From contig CAXXLL010000002.1 in assembly GCA_963662545.2 (NCBI GenBank), forward strand, positions 1,120,001-1,184,000: DNA of 64,000 bases, written 5' to 3'. The position numbers and the translations under genes were made by a program. Within the stretch, counting starts at the first letter, position 1. Each line of letters begins with the position of its first letter. Under the pieces are notes generated by a model that had not been told where the DNA came from, searched no databases, and worked only from the letters and a program-made list of their open reading frames with translations. The DNA is from Gammaproteobacteria bacterium (GTDB taxonomy: Bacteria; Pseudomonadota; Gammaproteobacteria; Ga0077536). Positions 20,861 through 30,450 of the stretch are shown here, one piece after another.

Positions 20861-21235
20861 ATGTCACCAGAAGAAACAGTCAACGCGTTTTGCGAAGCCC
20901 TTAACCGTAGCGTGGAGGAATCGCTGCAATACATTGCGAAAGATTGTGTCTACCAGAACATGCCGTTCGACGCCGTAGTCGGCCCGGAGGCGGTACGTTC
21001 GACCCTCGAGGGGTTTTTCGAAATCATAGGGCCGGTTCGTATCGAAACGGTAAAACAATGCTCGACCGGGAACTTCGTCATGAACGAACGCATCGATCAT
21101 TTCGATCCGCCTAAGGGTAAGGCTTTCGGGCTGCCAGTGTCCGGTGCCTTCGAAATCAAAGGCGGCAAGATCACGGCTTGGCGTGATTATTTCTGCATGC
21201 GGCAGTTTAGCGAGGGGACGGGCATCGAGTTTTGA
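20861..21235 (+). CDS. Limonene-1,2-epoxide hydrolase family protein
   Basis: YQNMP, VMNERID, LPVSGAFE, WRDYF. Confidence 0.9.
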   Translation: MSPEETVNAFCEALNRSVEESLQYIAKDCVYQNMPFDAVVGPEAVRSTLEGFFEIIGPVRIETVKQCSTGNFVMNERIDHFDPPKGKAFGLPVSGAFEIKGGKITAWRDYFCMRQFSEGTGIEF

Positions 21236-21264
21236 GCGCGTGTTCCTCGGCATCACCGGGTGCC

Positions 21265-21298
21265 AAAAAAAGGAGCCGGGCGCAGGGAGGCCCGGCTT
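21265..21298 (-). terminator. Intrinsic terminator
   Basis: AGCCGGGC/GCCCGGCT stem followed by T7 on the minus strand, downstream of the two small ORFs. Confidence 0.6.
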
Positions 21299-21351
21299 AA
21301 AGAGGGGTTCGTTGCCAAGCAGGGTTCTTCACCAGCCTGACTGCGTCGCAA

Positions 21352-21462
21352 TCAGACGATCGGCGGCACCAGGCTTGTGGCAAGCTGAAAGCTCAACAGA
21401 GCGGTCAGGGTTATCGTCGCGAGCGTGATGGTGACGGTTGAAAATCGATCGTTTCCGGTCAT
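21352..21462 (-). CDS. 36-aa hydrophobic small protein
   Basis: MTGNDRFSTVTITLATITLTALLSFQLATSLVPPIV; GGAGAG RBS; aligns with 21525-21641. Confidence 0.6.
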   Translation of the reverse strand: MTGNDRFSTVTITLATITLTALLSFQLATSLVPPIV

Positions 21463-21524
21463 GTCGGCTCTCCAGGTAATTTCATTTGGTTTGAAGTCTG
21501 TGGCTTCCGTATCGGTAGTCGGAT

Positions 21525-21641
21525 TCAAAGGATAGGCGACGCGACACTGAAAGCCGTGGATATCCACAGAAGGGTCGACATGACGACCGTTGCACAGGTG
21601 GTGACGACGGCGGCGAGATTCTCTTTGTTCGTCGCGTGCAT
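21525..21641 (-). CDS. 38-aa hydrophobic small protein (not in ORF track)
   Basis: MHATNKENLAAVVTTCATVVMSTLLWISTAFSVASPIL; AGGAGA RBS. Confidence 0.6.
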   Translation of the reverse strand: MHATNKENLAAVVTTCATVVMSTLLWISTAFSVASPIL

Positions 21642-21725
21642 GGTTTTTCTCCTGCGTTCTGCCTGTACCGGACGGCGCTTCGCGGACCGGTGGAAGGAAG
21701 TCTAGGGAAAGCCGTGCAGCGCCGA

Positions 21726-21741
21726 TGTGATAATTCCCACA
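21726..21741. promoter_or_regulatory. CRP-like binding site
   Basis: TGTGA-TAATTC-CCACA, one mismatch to TGTGA-N6-TCACA, next to a Crp/Fnr gene. Confidence 0.5.
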
Positions 21742-21799
21742 TTGGCGGCGAATGATTTCGAGCGCCGGAATCGACCGCTGCGACGGGTATCGCGTCGCT

Positions 21800-22513
21800 T
21801 CAGGCGTCGGATACGTTCTGGACCATGGCCTCCAAGTGCTTGACGTCGATCACCCGCAGGACGCCACGGGCACGCTCGATCACGCCGTTTTTCACGAGCA
21901 CGCCGATCTCCTTGGTCACCGCTTCGCGATGCGTGCTGACGCGGCTCGCGATGTCGGCATGGGTCGGGGCCGGACGGATCTCGGCCTGGTTGCCCTCGAT
22001 ACCGTGTTGCCGGGCCAATCGCAACAGCTCTGCGTGGATCCGGTTATTGACGCCTAAGGTCGACAGTTCGACGACGCGATCGCTCAAGGAACGGATACGC
22101 GACGCCAGTTGTACGAAGATCTTGGTGCCAACTGCAGGATAGCGAGTCGCGATATCGAGAAAATCGTGGGCCTTGATCGCGCCGACGAAGACCTCGCTAA
22201 GTGCCTCGACCTCGGCCGAGCGCGGACGCCCGTCGATTGCCGAGAGTTCACCGAAACACTCACCGGCATACTGATCGCGAAACTGGACGTCCTTGCCGGG
22301 CTTGGAGTGAAACGTGACCCGCACGGTTCCGCTGACGATGAAGAAGACGTCGGTCTCGTCACCGCGCTGCATGACGATGCGCTCGCCGGCCTTGAAGTAG
22401 CCGCCCTGGCACTGCCGCGCAATCGTCGTTCGATCCTCGGGCGTCATGCCGCGGAACAAATCAACCGCAAGCAGGGTTTCCGCGCCGATGATGGCGTTTT
22501 GACTCGAATTCAT
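21800..22513 (-). CDS. Crp/Fnr family transcriptional regulator
   Basis: cNMP domain (FGELSAIDGRPRSA) plus HTH (THADIASRVSTHREAVTK). Confidence 0.93.
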   Translation of the reverse strand: MNSSQNAIIGAETLLAVDLFRGMTPEDRTTIARQCQGGYFKAGERIVMQRGDETDVFFIVSGTVRVTFHSKPGKDVQFRDQYAGECFGELSAIDGRPRSAEVEALSEVFVGAIKAHDFLDIATRYPAVGTKIFVQLASRIRSLSDRVVELSTLGVNNRIHAELLRLARQHGIEGNQAEIRPAPTHADIASRVSTHREAVTKEIGVLVKNGVIERARGVLRVIDVKHLEAMVQNVSDA

Positions 22514-22731
22514 CGGTTGATTGTCCCTTCTTCCAAATGCCTGCCGGTAATTTCATGTCGGTCGCGTTTGTGACGTCGCAGAATCATAACTGCAAGCGGC
22601 GGGCGACGGTCATCGGCGTGTTCGGGGTAAAGACCGGGTTACTCGGAGTAATATACCGGCAAAGGGCCCGGTAGTTGATTTCGAAAATACCGATGGATTC
22701 GCTTGCCGCAATGACTTTCGACATCTGATAG

Positions 22732-23283
22732 ATGGCCGATTCCTCGAACGGCACAACGACAAGGCTTATTCGCCTGGCGGCGGTCGACGGCCATCGTATC
22801 GATACCAACGGTGCGTCATCCGTTCAGGTCGCCTTGCAGCGAAGTCCCGACGATACACCGCCGTTTCCGATCGATGCCATCGTCCTCGAGGAAGACACTG
22901 GGCTCGTGCTCAATGCGGAGCTCGACATCAGGGACGACGGTGGCCACCCGATCCGCATCATGACGAATCTCTACGACTTTGAGGCCGCGCAAGTGGGCGA
23001 GGTGATCGTTCGAGGCCGGAACCCGTATCGTTTTCTCGCCGTTGTGCACGACTTCGAACGCGAACCCGCCTGCCGCGAAGCTTGGGTCGTGGGCGCGTTG
23101 AGGAATACCCTAAAAAAATGCGTTGAACTACGGATCCGAGCGCTTGGTATGCAAATGCTGGGCACGCGTTTCGGACCGTTCACGAGGGCTTGGTTCATCC
23201 AGCAACTGGAATCGGAACTCGCCGCATTCGCGCTTGGGCGGCTCGATCGAATCTGGTTGATGGACGAGCCAGACGACGCTTGA
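22732..23283 (+). CDS. Hypothetical protein, macro-domain-like
   Basis: DAIVLEED, FLAVVHD, RALGMQMLGTRFG resembles a macro-domain C-terminus. Confidence 0.5.
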   Translation: MADSSNGTTTRLIRLAAVDGHRIDTNGASSVQVALQRSPDDTPPFPIDAIVLEEDTGLVLNAELDIRDDGGHPIRIMTNLYDFEAAQVGEVIVRGRNPYRFLAVVHDFEREPACREAWVVGALRNTLKKCVELRIRALGMQMLGTRFGPFTRAWFIQQLESELAAFALGRLDRIWLMDEPDDA

Positions 23284-23291
23284 ACGGCGCC

Positions 23292-23340
23292 TAACAGGAT
23301 GTTGAAAAACGATTTCCTATCGTTTTTCAACCGCCTGCTA
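23292..23340. repeat. 49-bp palindrome resembling fused IS ends
   Basis: TAACAGGATGTTGAAAAACGAT / ATCGTTTTTCAACCGCCTGCTA between convergent genes. Confidence 0.5.
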
Positions 23341-23344
23341 ATTG

Positions 23345-24343
23345 CTAACGTATCGCCACCGGGTTGATGATCATTTGTACAGCCCCTTTCAAGCGCGCCT
23401 GTCCGAGCACGAACATGAACTCCCAGGCTTCGTCATCGACGAGTTCGCGTGTGACGATGTTCTCGAGAACGTATATACCATTCTTGGGCAGGAGTTCGAC
23501 GTGTACGGGTAGATAATCCCCTTCTATTTCGGCGGGCATGACTTCCGTACCGTAAGTATCGGCGCCGATCGCAACCGGATTATGTTTTACGAGAAATTTC
23601 GCACCCCCGACGCCGAGACCTGGGATCGATTCCATGAAGCGTGCGCTGTCGATGTCCGCCATTTCCATGTAACCGGTGTGCAGCAGTATGACGTCGCCCT
23701 TGCCGAGGGCGATACCCTGACGCGTCAGCGCGCCCTGAATTTCTACCTCGTTGATCGGCGTGCCTTCTTTCAACATTTCGAACCCGCCGACGGTCATGAC
23801 TTTATCAGGCGCCGCCTGCCTCATGTAGGCAACGATATCGAGCACGATGCCGCGCGCGACGATCGGCGGGATCTGATCGGTGCTGAGCGACTTCAAGCCG
23901 GACGGTGTAAAAAAGTCGCTGACATGATTGCCGTTGTAATAAACGTGATCCACACCGAGGTGTCCGAGGCCGTCGATTTGCGATCCTACGCCCATGAAGA
24001 CGAGCGCCCAATCGTCGTTGGCGGTTATGCGGCTGGATCCAAGGGGCTCGCTGGTGCCGTTGAAGATGCCGCCGTGAGAGACGGCAAAGAGACGGAAAGT
24101 GCGGGCGCCAAAGGCCGGCGTATCGCGGCTCGTGACCTGGCCCAGGGCATAACGCTGGCCGGTCTTCACGAGCTTTGCAGCCGCCAGGATGCTTGCCGGC
24201 GTGATCTCGTTGACGGCGCCCAGGGTGTCGTCCTTGCCCCACTTGGACGGATACCAGTCCTCGGCGGCGGCGGGTCCGAAGAACAAATGCGCAACCAGGG
24301 CGCAAACGAGCGGTGCAATGCGTGGTAGTGAGGCGTGAGTCAT
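23345..24343 (-). CDS. Cyclase (kynurenine formamidase-like) family protein with signal peptide
   Basis: SKWGKDDTLGAVN, GSQIDGLGH, GDVILLHTG, INPVAIR. Confidence 0.88.
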   Translation of the reverse strand: MTHASLPRIAPLVCALVAHLFFGPAAAEDWYPSKWGKDDTLGAVNEITPASILAAAKLVKTGQRYALGQVTSRDTPAFGARTFRLFAVSHGGIFNGTSEPLGSSRITANDDWALVFMGVGSQIDGLGHLGVDHVYYNGNHVSDFFTPSGLKSLSTDQIPPIVARGIVLDIVAYMRQAAPDKVMTVGGFEMLKEGTPINEVEIQGALTRQGIALGKGDVILLHTGYMEMADIDSARFMESIPGLGVGGAKFLVKHNPVAIGADTYGTEVMPAEIEGDYLPVHVELLPKNGIYVLENIVTRELVDDEAWEFMFVLGQARLKGAVQMIINPVAIR

Positions 24344-24502
24344 TTTCGTTTTTCTCCTGCTAGGGGCGGATCGATCATATCGGCTGCGTCGATCGGCGAT
24401 CAAGAAGGGTGGTCGAGCCCGATTTCTACCTATTTGCCTGCAAGCAGGCGAACCGAAACTCGTCTCAGCTTTCGAATCAGCAATTGACGTGGCGTTCCCA
24501 GC

Positions 24503-25321
24503 TTACAATCCATATTCCAGGTCGATTTCGTAGCCCGCGAATTTCCGGATATTGATGACGCCGGTATTCAGAATTAAATACTGGCCTTTGATGCCGCTAA
24601 GCGTGCCCTCGACGACCGGATTCTTGTCGAAGTTGAGAGACGTGATCTTCGTCGGATATTGGGTCACGGGATAAGTAATAGCCACGACATCCTCGTCGAG
24701 CGGTTCGATCGCGTCATCGCCAAGTTCATCGCGGATCGCATCCAGACGATCGGCGATAGCGGGTGCGGCGACCATTGCCTTCGCCTTGAGGTCGAGCGGC
24801 TCGCCGTCGCCTTTCAGCATCGCGCGCCAGTTCGTCTTATCCGCCATCGATTGCGCCAGTGCAACTTCTACATATCCGGAAATCCGCCGGGTCTTGACCC
24901 GGAAGATGGGCAGCGCCTGGGTGGCGCCCTGGTCCATCCAGCGGGTCGGTACCTGGCTTTGCCGGGTGATCCCGACCTTGAGACTCGAGGTATTGGCCAG
25001 GTAGACGATGTGCGGGGTCATACAGTGTTCCTCGCCCCATGCTGGCTCACGGCACGTGCCGGCATGGTAGTGGCAGGTCTCGGGTTTCAAGATGCACATG
25101 TCGCAGGCGGCGAGACTGGTCATGCAGGGATAGCAGTGGCCCTGTGAAAAACTCTTGGCTGTCTTGCGACCGCACGCAATGCAGAAAATCCGGCCGGTGT
25201 GAGTGAGCTTGATGTTTTGACCAATCAGGGGATTGAGCGGCAGCCGATCGTCGCCGACGGGCAGGTCGTATTCGACCGTCTCGCCAAGGTGGGTGATCAT
25301 CTTGCGTAGTGTGCCGTTCAT
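24503..25321 (-). CDS. DUF2797 domain protein
   Basis: CIACGRKTAKSFSQGHCYPC, KVGITR, TRWMDQGA; start moved to MNGTLRKM because the longer start runs through a REP. Confidence 0.9.
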   Translation of the reverse strand: MNGTLRKMITHLGETVEYDLPVGDDRLPLNPLIGQNIKLTHTGRIFCIACGRKTAKSFSQGHCYPCMTSLAACDMCILKPETCHYHAGTCREPAWGEEHCMTPHIVYLANTSSLKVGITRQSQVPTRWMDQGATQALPIFRVKTRRISGYVEVALAQSMADKTNWRAMLKGDGEPLDLKAKAMVAAPAIADRLDAIRDELGDDAIEPLDEDVVAITYPVTQYPTKITSLNFDKNPVVEGTLSGIKGQYLILNTGVINIRKFAGYEIDLEYGL

Positions 25322-25350
25322 TGATCCAGAAAAGCTTGCCAAAGTTCGAT

Positions 25351-25409
25351 TCGCCCGCAAGCGGGCTCCTACGTCGGGGGCGCCACCGTAGGGGCCCGCT
25401 TGCGGGCGA
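25351..25409. repeat. GTAG-type REP doublet
   Basis: Inverted pair of GTAGG(A/G)GCCCGCTTGCGGGCGA; related doublet at 63274-63349. Confidence 0.82.
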
Positions 25410-25457
25410 ACAAGATCATTTACCGCAGCCTGTTTCCTTCTCACCGAGCTTATCAGT

Positions 25458-26369
25458 TTACCCGCTAACCGGGAGTGAATCTCGTTTGGGTATGCCCGTA
25501 ATCATCAGGCCCATCACGATCACGGTGAGCCCCGCTATCGACGTCACCCGTATGGTTTCGCCGAGCACGGTGCCGATCAATATCATTGAAAGGAAGGGGG
25601 CGAGGAAGATCAGCTGGCTGATCCGCCCGGCGTGCGCGGTCGTTTTCAAGGCCTTTTGCCACAGCAGAAACGTGACCCCCATCTCGATCAAACCGACCCA
25701 GGCGCCGAATAAGAGGTTCGCCGGCGTCCATTGCGGCCACCCCGGCCCCAGACCGCACGCCGCCGCAACCAAGACGAGTCCGACGGTGAAACTCACGAAC
25801 ATGATGGCCAGGGGATCCGATCGGCATTTAGTGTTGTAGAGCCAGTAGCTCGCCCACAGCAGCGCGCTGCCGAGGGCCAACCCAATCCCGGTAGTGCTGA
25901 GTGGCGTGCTCGCAGCCGACGGGTTCGGCGAGAGCAGTATGACGACACCCGCGTAACTCACGACGATGCCGGCCAATGTCCTCCGCGTTAAGGTTTGTTT
26001 CAGAATGGGTACCGCCAGCAGGGCAAGCGCGATGGCCCAGGTATAGTTGAGGGGTTGGGCGATCTGGGCTGGCAGGCGGTCATAGGCCTCGAACAGGATG
26101 AGGTAGTAGAGGAACGGGTTGACAACGCCGAGCCCGACGACCGTTAAGAACTCGCCGCGCGCCACCGCATAGGTTTTGCGTACCGCTGCGAGCACCGCGA
26201 ACAATAACCACGAAACAAGGGTACCCAGGAACAATAATTGCGCGGGTTCGACTACCGCAAGCCCCAATTTGAAGCCGGTGGCGACAGTCGACCACAGCAG
26301 GACTGCGCAAAGTCCGAAGATCAGCGCCTGGCGCTCGCGGTTTGAGCCGCTTTGGGAGTCGTTCGCCAT
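25458..26369 (-). CDS. DMT/EamA transporter
   Basis: About 10 TM, LWSTVATGFK, QPLNYTW. Confidence 0.9.
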   Translation of the reverse strand: MANDSQSGSNRERQALIFGLCAVLLWSTVATGFKLGLAVVEPAQLLFLGTLVSWLLFAVLAAVRKTYAVARGEFLTVVGLGVVNPFLYYLILFEAYDRLPAQIAQPLNYTWAIALALLAVPILKQTLTRRTLAGIVVSYAGVVILLSPNPSAASTPLSTTGIGLALGSALLWASYWLYNTKCRSDPLAIMFVSFTVGLVLVAAACGLGPGWPQWTPANLLFGAWVGLIEMGVTFLLWQKALKTTAHAGRISQLIFLAPFLSMILIGTVLGETIRVTSIAGLTVIVMGLMITGIPKRDSLPVSG

Positions 26370-26733
26370 ACTGTGCCATAGGCGCGTTCTTGGCATACTG
26401 GAACGCGGTGTATTTGTCCGTGCTTGCCGTGTGGAATGATACCCCCGAGGAGTGATAACTACTTTCCTGACTCGCGATCAGTTGGGAACGGATCGATATT
26501 CCCGTAACATCGCGCATCCGACCGTATCACCGCATTTCCCCTTTCCCGCTGAAGTGGAGCTTGGGTGTGGCGGTTTATTTTCCAACCGATAGAAATCGCA
26601 GGTTCGTAATACTGCAACCGTATGCGATCGACTTCGGCTCCGAAACATTGCCTGAATCGCGATTCGTCACCGCGCCAGCCGATCGAAATGCTGAACAGAA
26701 TTTTCGGTATACACAGTAGAAGGGTGGTGAGAA

Positions 26734-27666
26734 ATGCGTGTTGAGTACACTTCAAGCCGCCTTACGCCGATGATCGCCTACGTGATGCTGGTCGTGGTGA
26801 TGGCGTGTTGGGCCGGCGGTGTCGTGGTTGCTCGAAGCGTCCACGATCTCGTCCCGCCGATCGGGTTCTCATTCTGGAGGTGGTTCACCGCTTCGGTATT
26901 GCTGACGCCCGTAATCATGACGAGGATGGCCGGGGAATGGCCGGTGATCCGGCGTTGTATTGGCTACTTCGCTTTACTCGGCCTGTTCATGGCGGGCGCC
27001 AGCACGATATTAATGTGGGCCGTCCAATACACGACGGCGACGAACGTTGCGCTGGTGAGCGCTACGCAACCGATCGTCACGGCGATTGCCGCGTGGATTC
27101 TCCTGAAAGAGCGGCTGACGCGGTTCCAGACCGCCGGCGTCGCCGCAGCATTGAGTGGCATCGTCGTCATGGTCGCGCGACTGGACGTGAACGTCATTCT
27201 CGAGCTTTCTTTCAACCCCGGTGATTTCCTGGTGGTTCTGGCCGTGGTTCTCTATGCGCTCTACTCGGTGAATCTGCACAAATGGGTCGCGGGCGTGAGC
27301 CCTTTCATGATGATGTACATGACCTGTGTCTTCGGAACGATCATCATCTTGCCGTTCTACCTAGCCGAGTCGTCATTGATGCAGACCGTTCCCCTCGACA
27401 GCCGGGTTATCGCGGCGGTTCTTTTCATGGCAGTGGTGCCGACCTTGATCGCAACGACGATGTGGAACGTGAGCGTGGGCGAGGTTGGAGCCAACAAGGC
27501 CTCGGTGTTCATCAATCTGCTGCCGATCTTCGGTACGCTTCTTGCCGTTGCTTTCCTGAATGAACAGCTGCATATCTACCATCTGATCGGCGGCGTACTC
27601 GTGTGTGCAGGGGTTACGATGGTCGTCAAAACGATGAATCCTGACGAACTCGAATTACGCGAATAG
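26734..27666 (+). CDS. DMT/EamA transporter
   Basis: About 10 TM, SFWRW, TTATN, FINLLPIFG. Confidence 0.9.
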   Translation: MRVEYTSSRLTPMIAYVMLVVVMACWAGGVVVARSVHDLVPPIGFSFWRWFTASVLLTPVIMTRMAGEWPVIRRCIGYFALLGLFMAGASTILMWAVQYTTATNVALVSATQPIVTAIAAWILLKERLTRFQTAGVAAALSGIVVMVARLDVNVILELSFNPGDFLVVLAVVLYALYSVNLHKWVAGVSPFMMMYMTCVFGTIIILPFYLAESSLMQTVPLDSRVIAAVLFMAVVPTLIATTMWNVSVGEVGANKASVFINLLPIFGTLLAVAFLNEQLHIYHLIGGVLVCAGVTMVVKTMNPDELELRE

Positions 27667-27667
27667 G

Positions 27668-27831
27668 TAGTGTGCCGTCCCGCAAATATATTCCACAATT
27701 CGCTAGTCCTTTTTGCCCCTGGCTGCGTTGCTCGTCGGAGTGTAGAGCCCGCTACACGGCGTCCTCGCGCCTTGCCAGGAACAAAAATCCCTGCGCGACT
27801 TATGAAACATATTTGCGGGACGGCACACTAG
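27668..27831. mobile_element. MITE family B, copy 2
   Basis: TAGTGTGCCGTCCCGCAAATAT / ATATTTGCGGGACGGCACACTAG; inverted homolog of 3133-3297. Confidence 0.8.
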
Positions 27832-27864
27832 GTCGCGTTCGTGTAAGCCCCCGGCGCGAAAGGT

Positions 27865-28284
27865 TCAGCCAGACTTGGGTTTCGGCAGCTTCGCCTCTTT
27901 CTCCACGGTCGGACCGTCGGCCTCGACCCAGGCCGTGTAACCGCCCGTCATGTGCGCGACCGGGGCAAGGCCCATGCGGTGGACCGATTGCGCCGCCAGC
28001 GCCGATCGCATACCGCCTGCACAGTAGAAGACGTACTTTTTCCCGGCAGCGAATTCTTCGCGATGATAGGGGCTCTCGGGATCCACCCAGAATTCGAGCA
28101 TGCCGCGCGGCGCGTGGGTCGCGCCGGGTATCGTGCCGTCGCGCCACAGTTCGCGGATATCTCGAATATCGACCAGCTGGACGTCGGGGTCGTCCTTGAT
28201 TGCCATGACTTCTTCCACCGTCATGGACTCGATTTCCTGCTCGGCTTCGGCACAGAGTTCCTTGATACCTTTCGTAACCATCAT
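27865..28284 (-). CDS. Rhodanese-like protein
   Basis: LVDIRD, PRGMLEFW, YCAGGMRSALAA. Confidence 0.9.
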   Translation of the reverse strand: MMVTKGIKELCAEAEQEIESMTVEEVMAIKDDPDVQLVDIRDIRELWRDGTIPGATHAPRGMLEFWVDPESPYHREEFAAGKKYVFYCAGGMRSALAAQSVHRMGLAPVAHMTGGYTAWVEADGPTVEKEAKLPKPKSG

Positions 28285-28483
28285 TCTTTCTCCCATGGGC
28301 GGTTTCAGCCAACAGTAATTCAACCACGTGGTTTATGCCAGATGTCCGCTCCGTTCAAACGCGCCCAACGATCGAAGGGCCCGGAATTGGCCGGATGATC
28401 CATCCGCCCCGGTCATTTCGGGCGCGTGGCGTCATCATCGAAAATGCTACGCTTCGGACCGATATGACTTTCGAGAGGCATCC

Positions 28484-29014
28484 GTGAGCGAGAGCGAACG
28501 CTTCGATTGGCCCACACGCATTCACCAGGTGCTCGGGCGTTGCGGGGTTCGACAGGTGGCCTACGTGCCGGACACCGGTCACAAACGGCTGATCGAATTG
28601 TGCAGCGAGGACCGCGGCATGCGCGCCATACCGCTGACGACCGAGGAGGAGGGCATTGGGCTGCTGGCAGGCGCGTGGCTGGGTGGTGAGCGCGGTACCC
28701 TGCTGATGCAGTCGAGCGGCGTCGGTAACTGCGTCAACGCCATCGCGTCGATCACACAAGCGTGCAGATTTCCCCTATTTCTTCTGATCACCATGCGCGG
28801 GGAAAGCGGTGAGAGCAATCCCTGGCAGGTGCCGATGGGCCGGGCGACGGCGCCGGTGCTGGAAACGCTGGGCGTGGCGCTGACGACGGTAGATCATCCG
28901 CACGAGGTAGAAGCCGCAGTCGCATCCATGGCGGCGCGATCATTCGAAGGCGGCGCCGCCGCGGGCGTCTTGTTATCGCAGCGCTTGATCGGGACCAAGG
29001 TATTCCGGGAATGA
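28484..29014 (+). CDS. Sulfopyruvate/phosphonopyruvate decarboxylase alpha subunit (ComD-like)
   Basis: YVPD, LTTEEEGIG, LLMQSSGVGNCVN, NPWQVPMG. Confidence 0.85.
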   Translation: MSESERFDWPTRIHQVLGRCGVRQVAYVPDTGHKRLIELCSEDRGMRAIPLTTEEEGIGLLAGAWLGGERGTLLMQSSGVGNCVNAIASITQACRFPLFLLITMRGESGESNPWQVPMGRATAPVLETLGVALTTVDHPHEVEAAVASMAARSFEGGAAAGVLLSQRLIGTKVFRE

Positions 29015-29607
29015 GCGGATCGCGATCGAACCGCCTGGACAGGCGCGCCGCCGTCACCGAGCTGGTACGCGATCGCGGTGCTCTGCTGGTCGTCAGCGGA
29101 CTCGGCGGTACGACCTGGGACCTCGCGAGCGCGGGCGATCACGATCTTAATTTTTACCTGTGGGGCGGCATGGGAAGTGCCGTACCGATGGGATTGGGGC
29201 TCGCCCTGGCCCAGCCGCGCCGACGGGTGCTCGTCGTCACGGGCGATGGCGAGATGCTGATGGGGCTCGGTGCACTGGCGACGGTTGCGGTGCAGGCTCC
29301 GGCGAACCTCGCGATCGCCGTGATCGACAATGAACGCTATGGCGAAACCGGTGATCAACTCACGCACACCGCTCAGGGTTCGGATCTCGCGGCTATCGCG
29401 CGCGCCGCCGGCATCCCCGATGCGGTGACGCTCGTCGATGGCGCGGGTTTAGAAGCGTTTCGGGACAAATTGCATGCGGCGCAGGGCCCGATCGTCGCCG
29501 TCGTCAAGGTTGGGCAGGACAACGCCGGCATGGTGCTGCCGCCGCGCGACGGCGTACATCTCAGGCAGCGCTTTCGACGGTGCCTGCTCGGTGACGAGGC
29601 GGGATGA
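29011..29607 (+). CDS. ThDP-binding decarboxylase beta subunit (ComE-like)
   Basis: WGGMG, TGDGEMLM...DNERYGETG ThDP motif. Confidence 0.87.
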   Translation: MSGSRSNRLDRRAAVTELVRDRGALLVVSGLGGTTWDLASAGDHDLNFYLWGGMGSAVPMGLGLALAQPRRRVLVVTGDGEMLMGLGALATVAVQAPANLAIAVIDNERYGETGDQLTHTAQGSDLAAIARAAGIPDAVTLVDGAGLEAFRDKLHAAQGPIVAVVKVGQDNAGMVLPPRDGVHLRQRFRRCLLGDEAG

Positions 29608-29727
29608 GTGCCAACGGAATAACGCTGCCGCAGGTGCAACCGGGCGCATTTCGTAGGCTATCGCGACCGGGCTATACTGCGTTTTACCATCCAAGAAAAC
29701 CGCCGAAGTTCGCGGAGGAGGATCATC

Positions 29728-30450
29728 ATGACGCACGCACACGACGAGGCGAGCCAACGACATGCGCTCGCGGCTGCCCACCGCTTGACCGCCCGCAACC
29801 GCTGGGACGATCTAATCTTCACCTTATTGTCGGCGCGGGTGCCGGGTGAGGATGAGCGCTTATTGGTGTCGCCCTTCCCGGGGATGTGCGGGCAAGTTAC
29901 CGCTTCGAGCCTGGTCAAGGTCGACCTCGCCGGCAAGCCGGTCAACGGCGGGCGCATCGACATCGATGGTTTTCCGCTCTACGGCGCCATGCATAAGGCG
30001 CGGCCGGACATCAATTGCATCCTCCACCTGCACACGACAGCAGGCGTCGCCGTATCGACACAGGTGGACGGCCTGCAACCGATTTCACAAACCGCGATGC
30101 TCATCATCGGCGATCTCGCCTATTGCGACTATGAAGGGATCGGCCAGGGCGACGACAACGTCGTCGCAGCACTCGGCAATAAGAACAACCTGCTCCTGCG
30201 CAACCATGGCACCATGAGCGTGGGTGGTTCGGTGGCCGAGGCGTTTGGGCGATTGCATGTGCTCGAATGCGCCTGTGCCATCCAGATGGCCGCGATGGCG
30301 GGAGGAGCTGCGCTCAATCCGGTCGATCGCCCGGTGATCTCGAGTGTCGAGGAAATGGGTACGAACTATCTGGCCAGCGGGGTGCTCGATGATGCATGGG
30401 ACGGCATGGTAGCCGTGCTCGACACAGAAGAGCCGGGGTATGCAGCCTGA
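29728..30450 (+). CDS. Class II aldolase/adducin family protein
   Basis: SARVPG, CILHLHT, LLRNHG. Confidence 0.88.
   Translation: MTHAHDEASQRHALAAAHRLTARNRWDDLIFTLLSARVPGEDERLLVSPFPGMCGQVTASSLVKVDLAGKPVNGGRIDIDGFPLYGAMHKARPDINCILHLHTTAGVAVSTQVDGLQPISQTAMLIIGDLAYCDYEGIGQGDDNVVAALGNKNNLLLRNHGTMSVGGSVAEAFGRLHVLECACAIQMAAMAGGAALNPVDRPVISSVEEMGTNYLASGVLDDAWDGMVAVLDTEEPGYAA

Noticed and set aside
25322-25444. N-terminal extension of the DUF2797 ORF
   Set aside because: Read-through of a REP doublet
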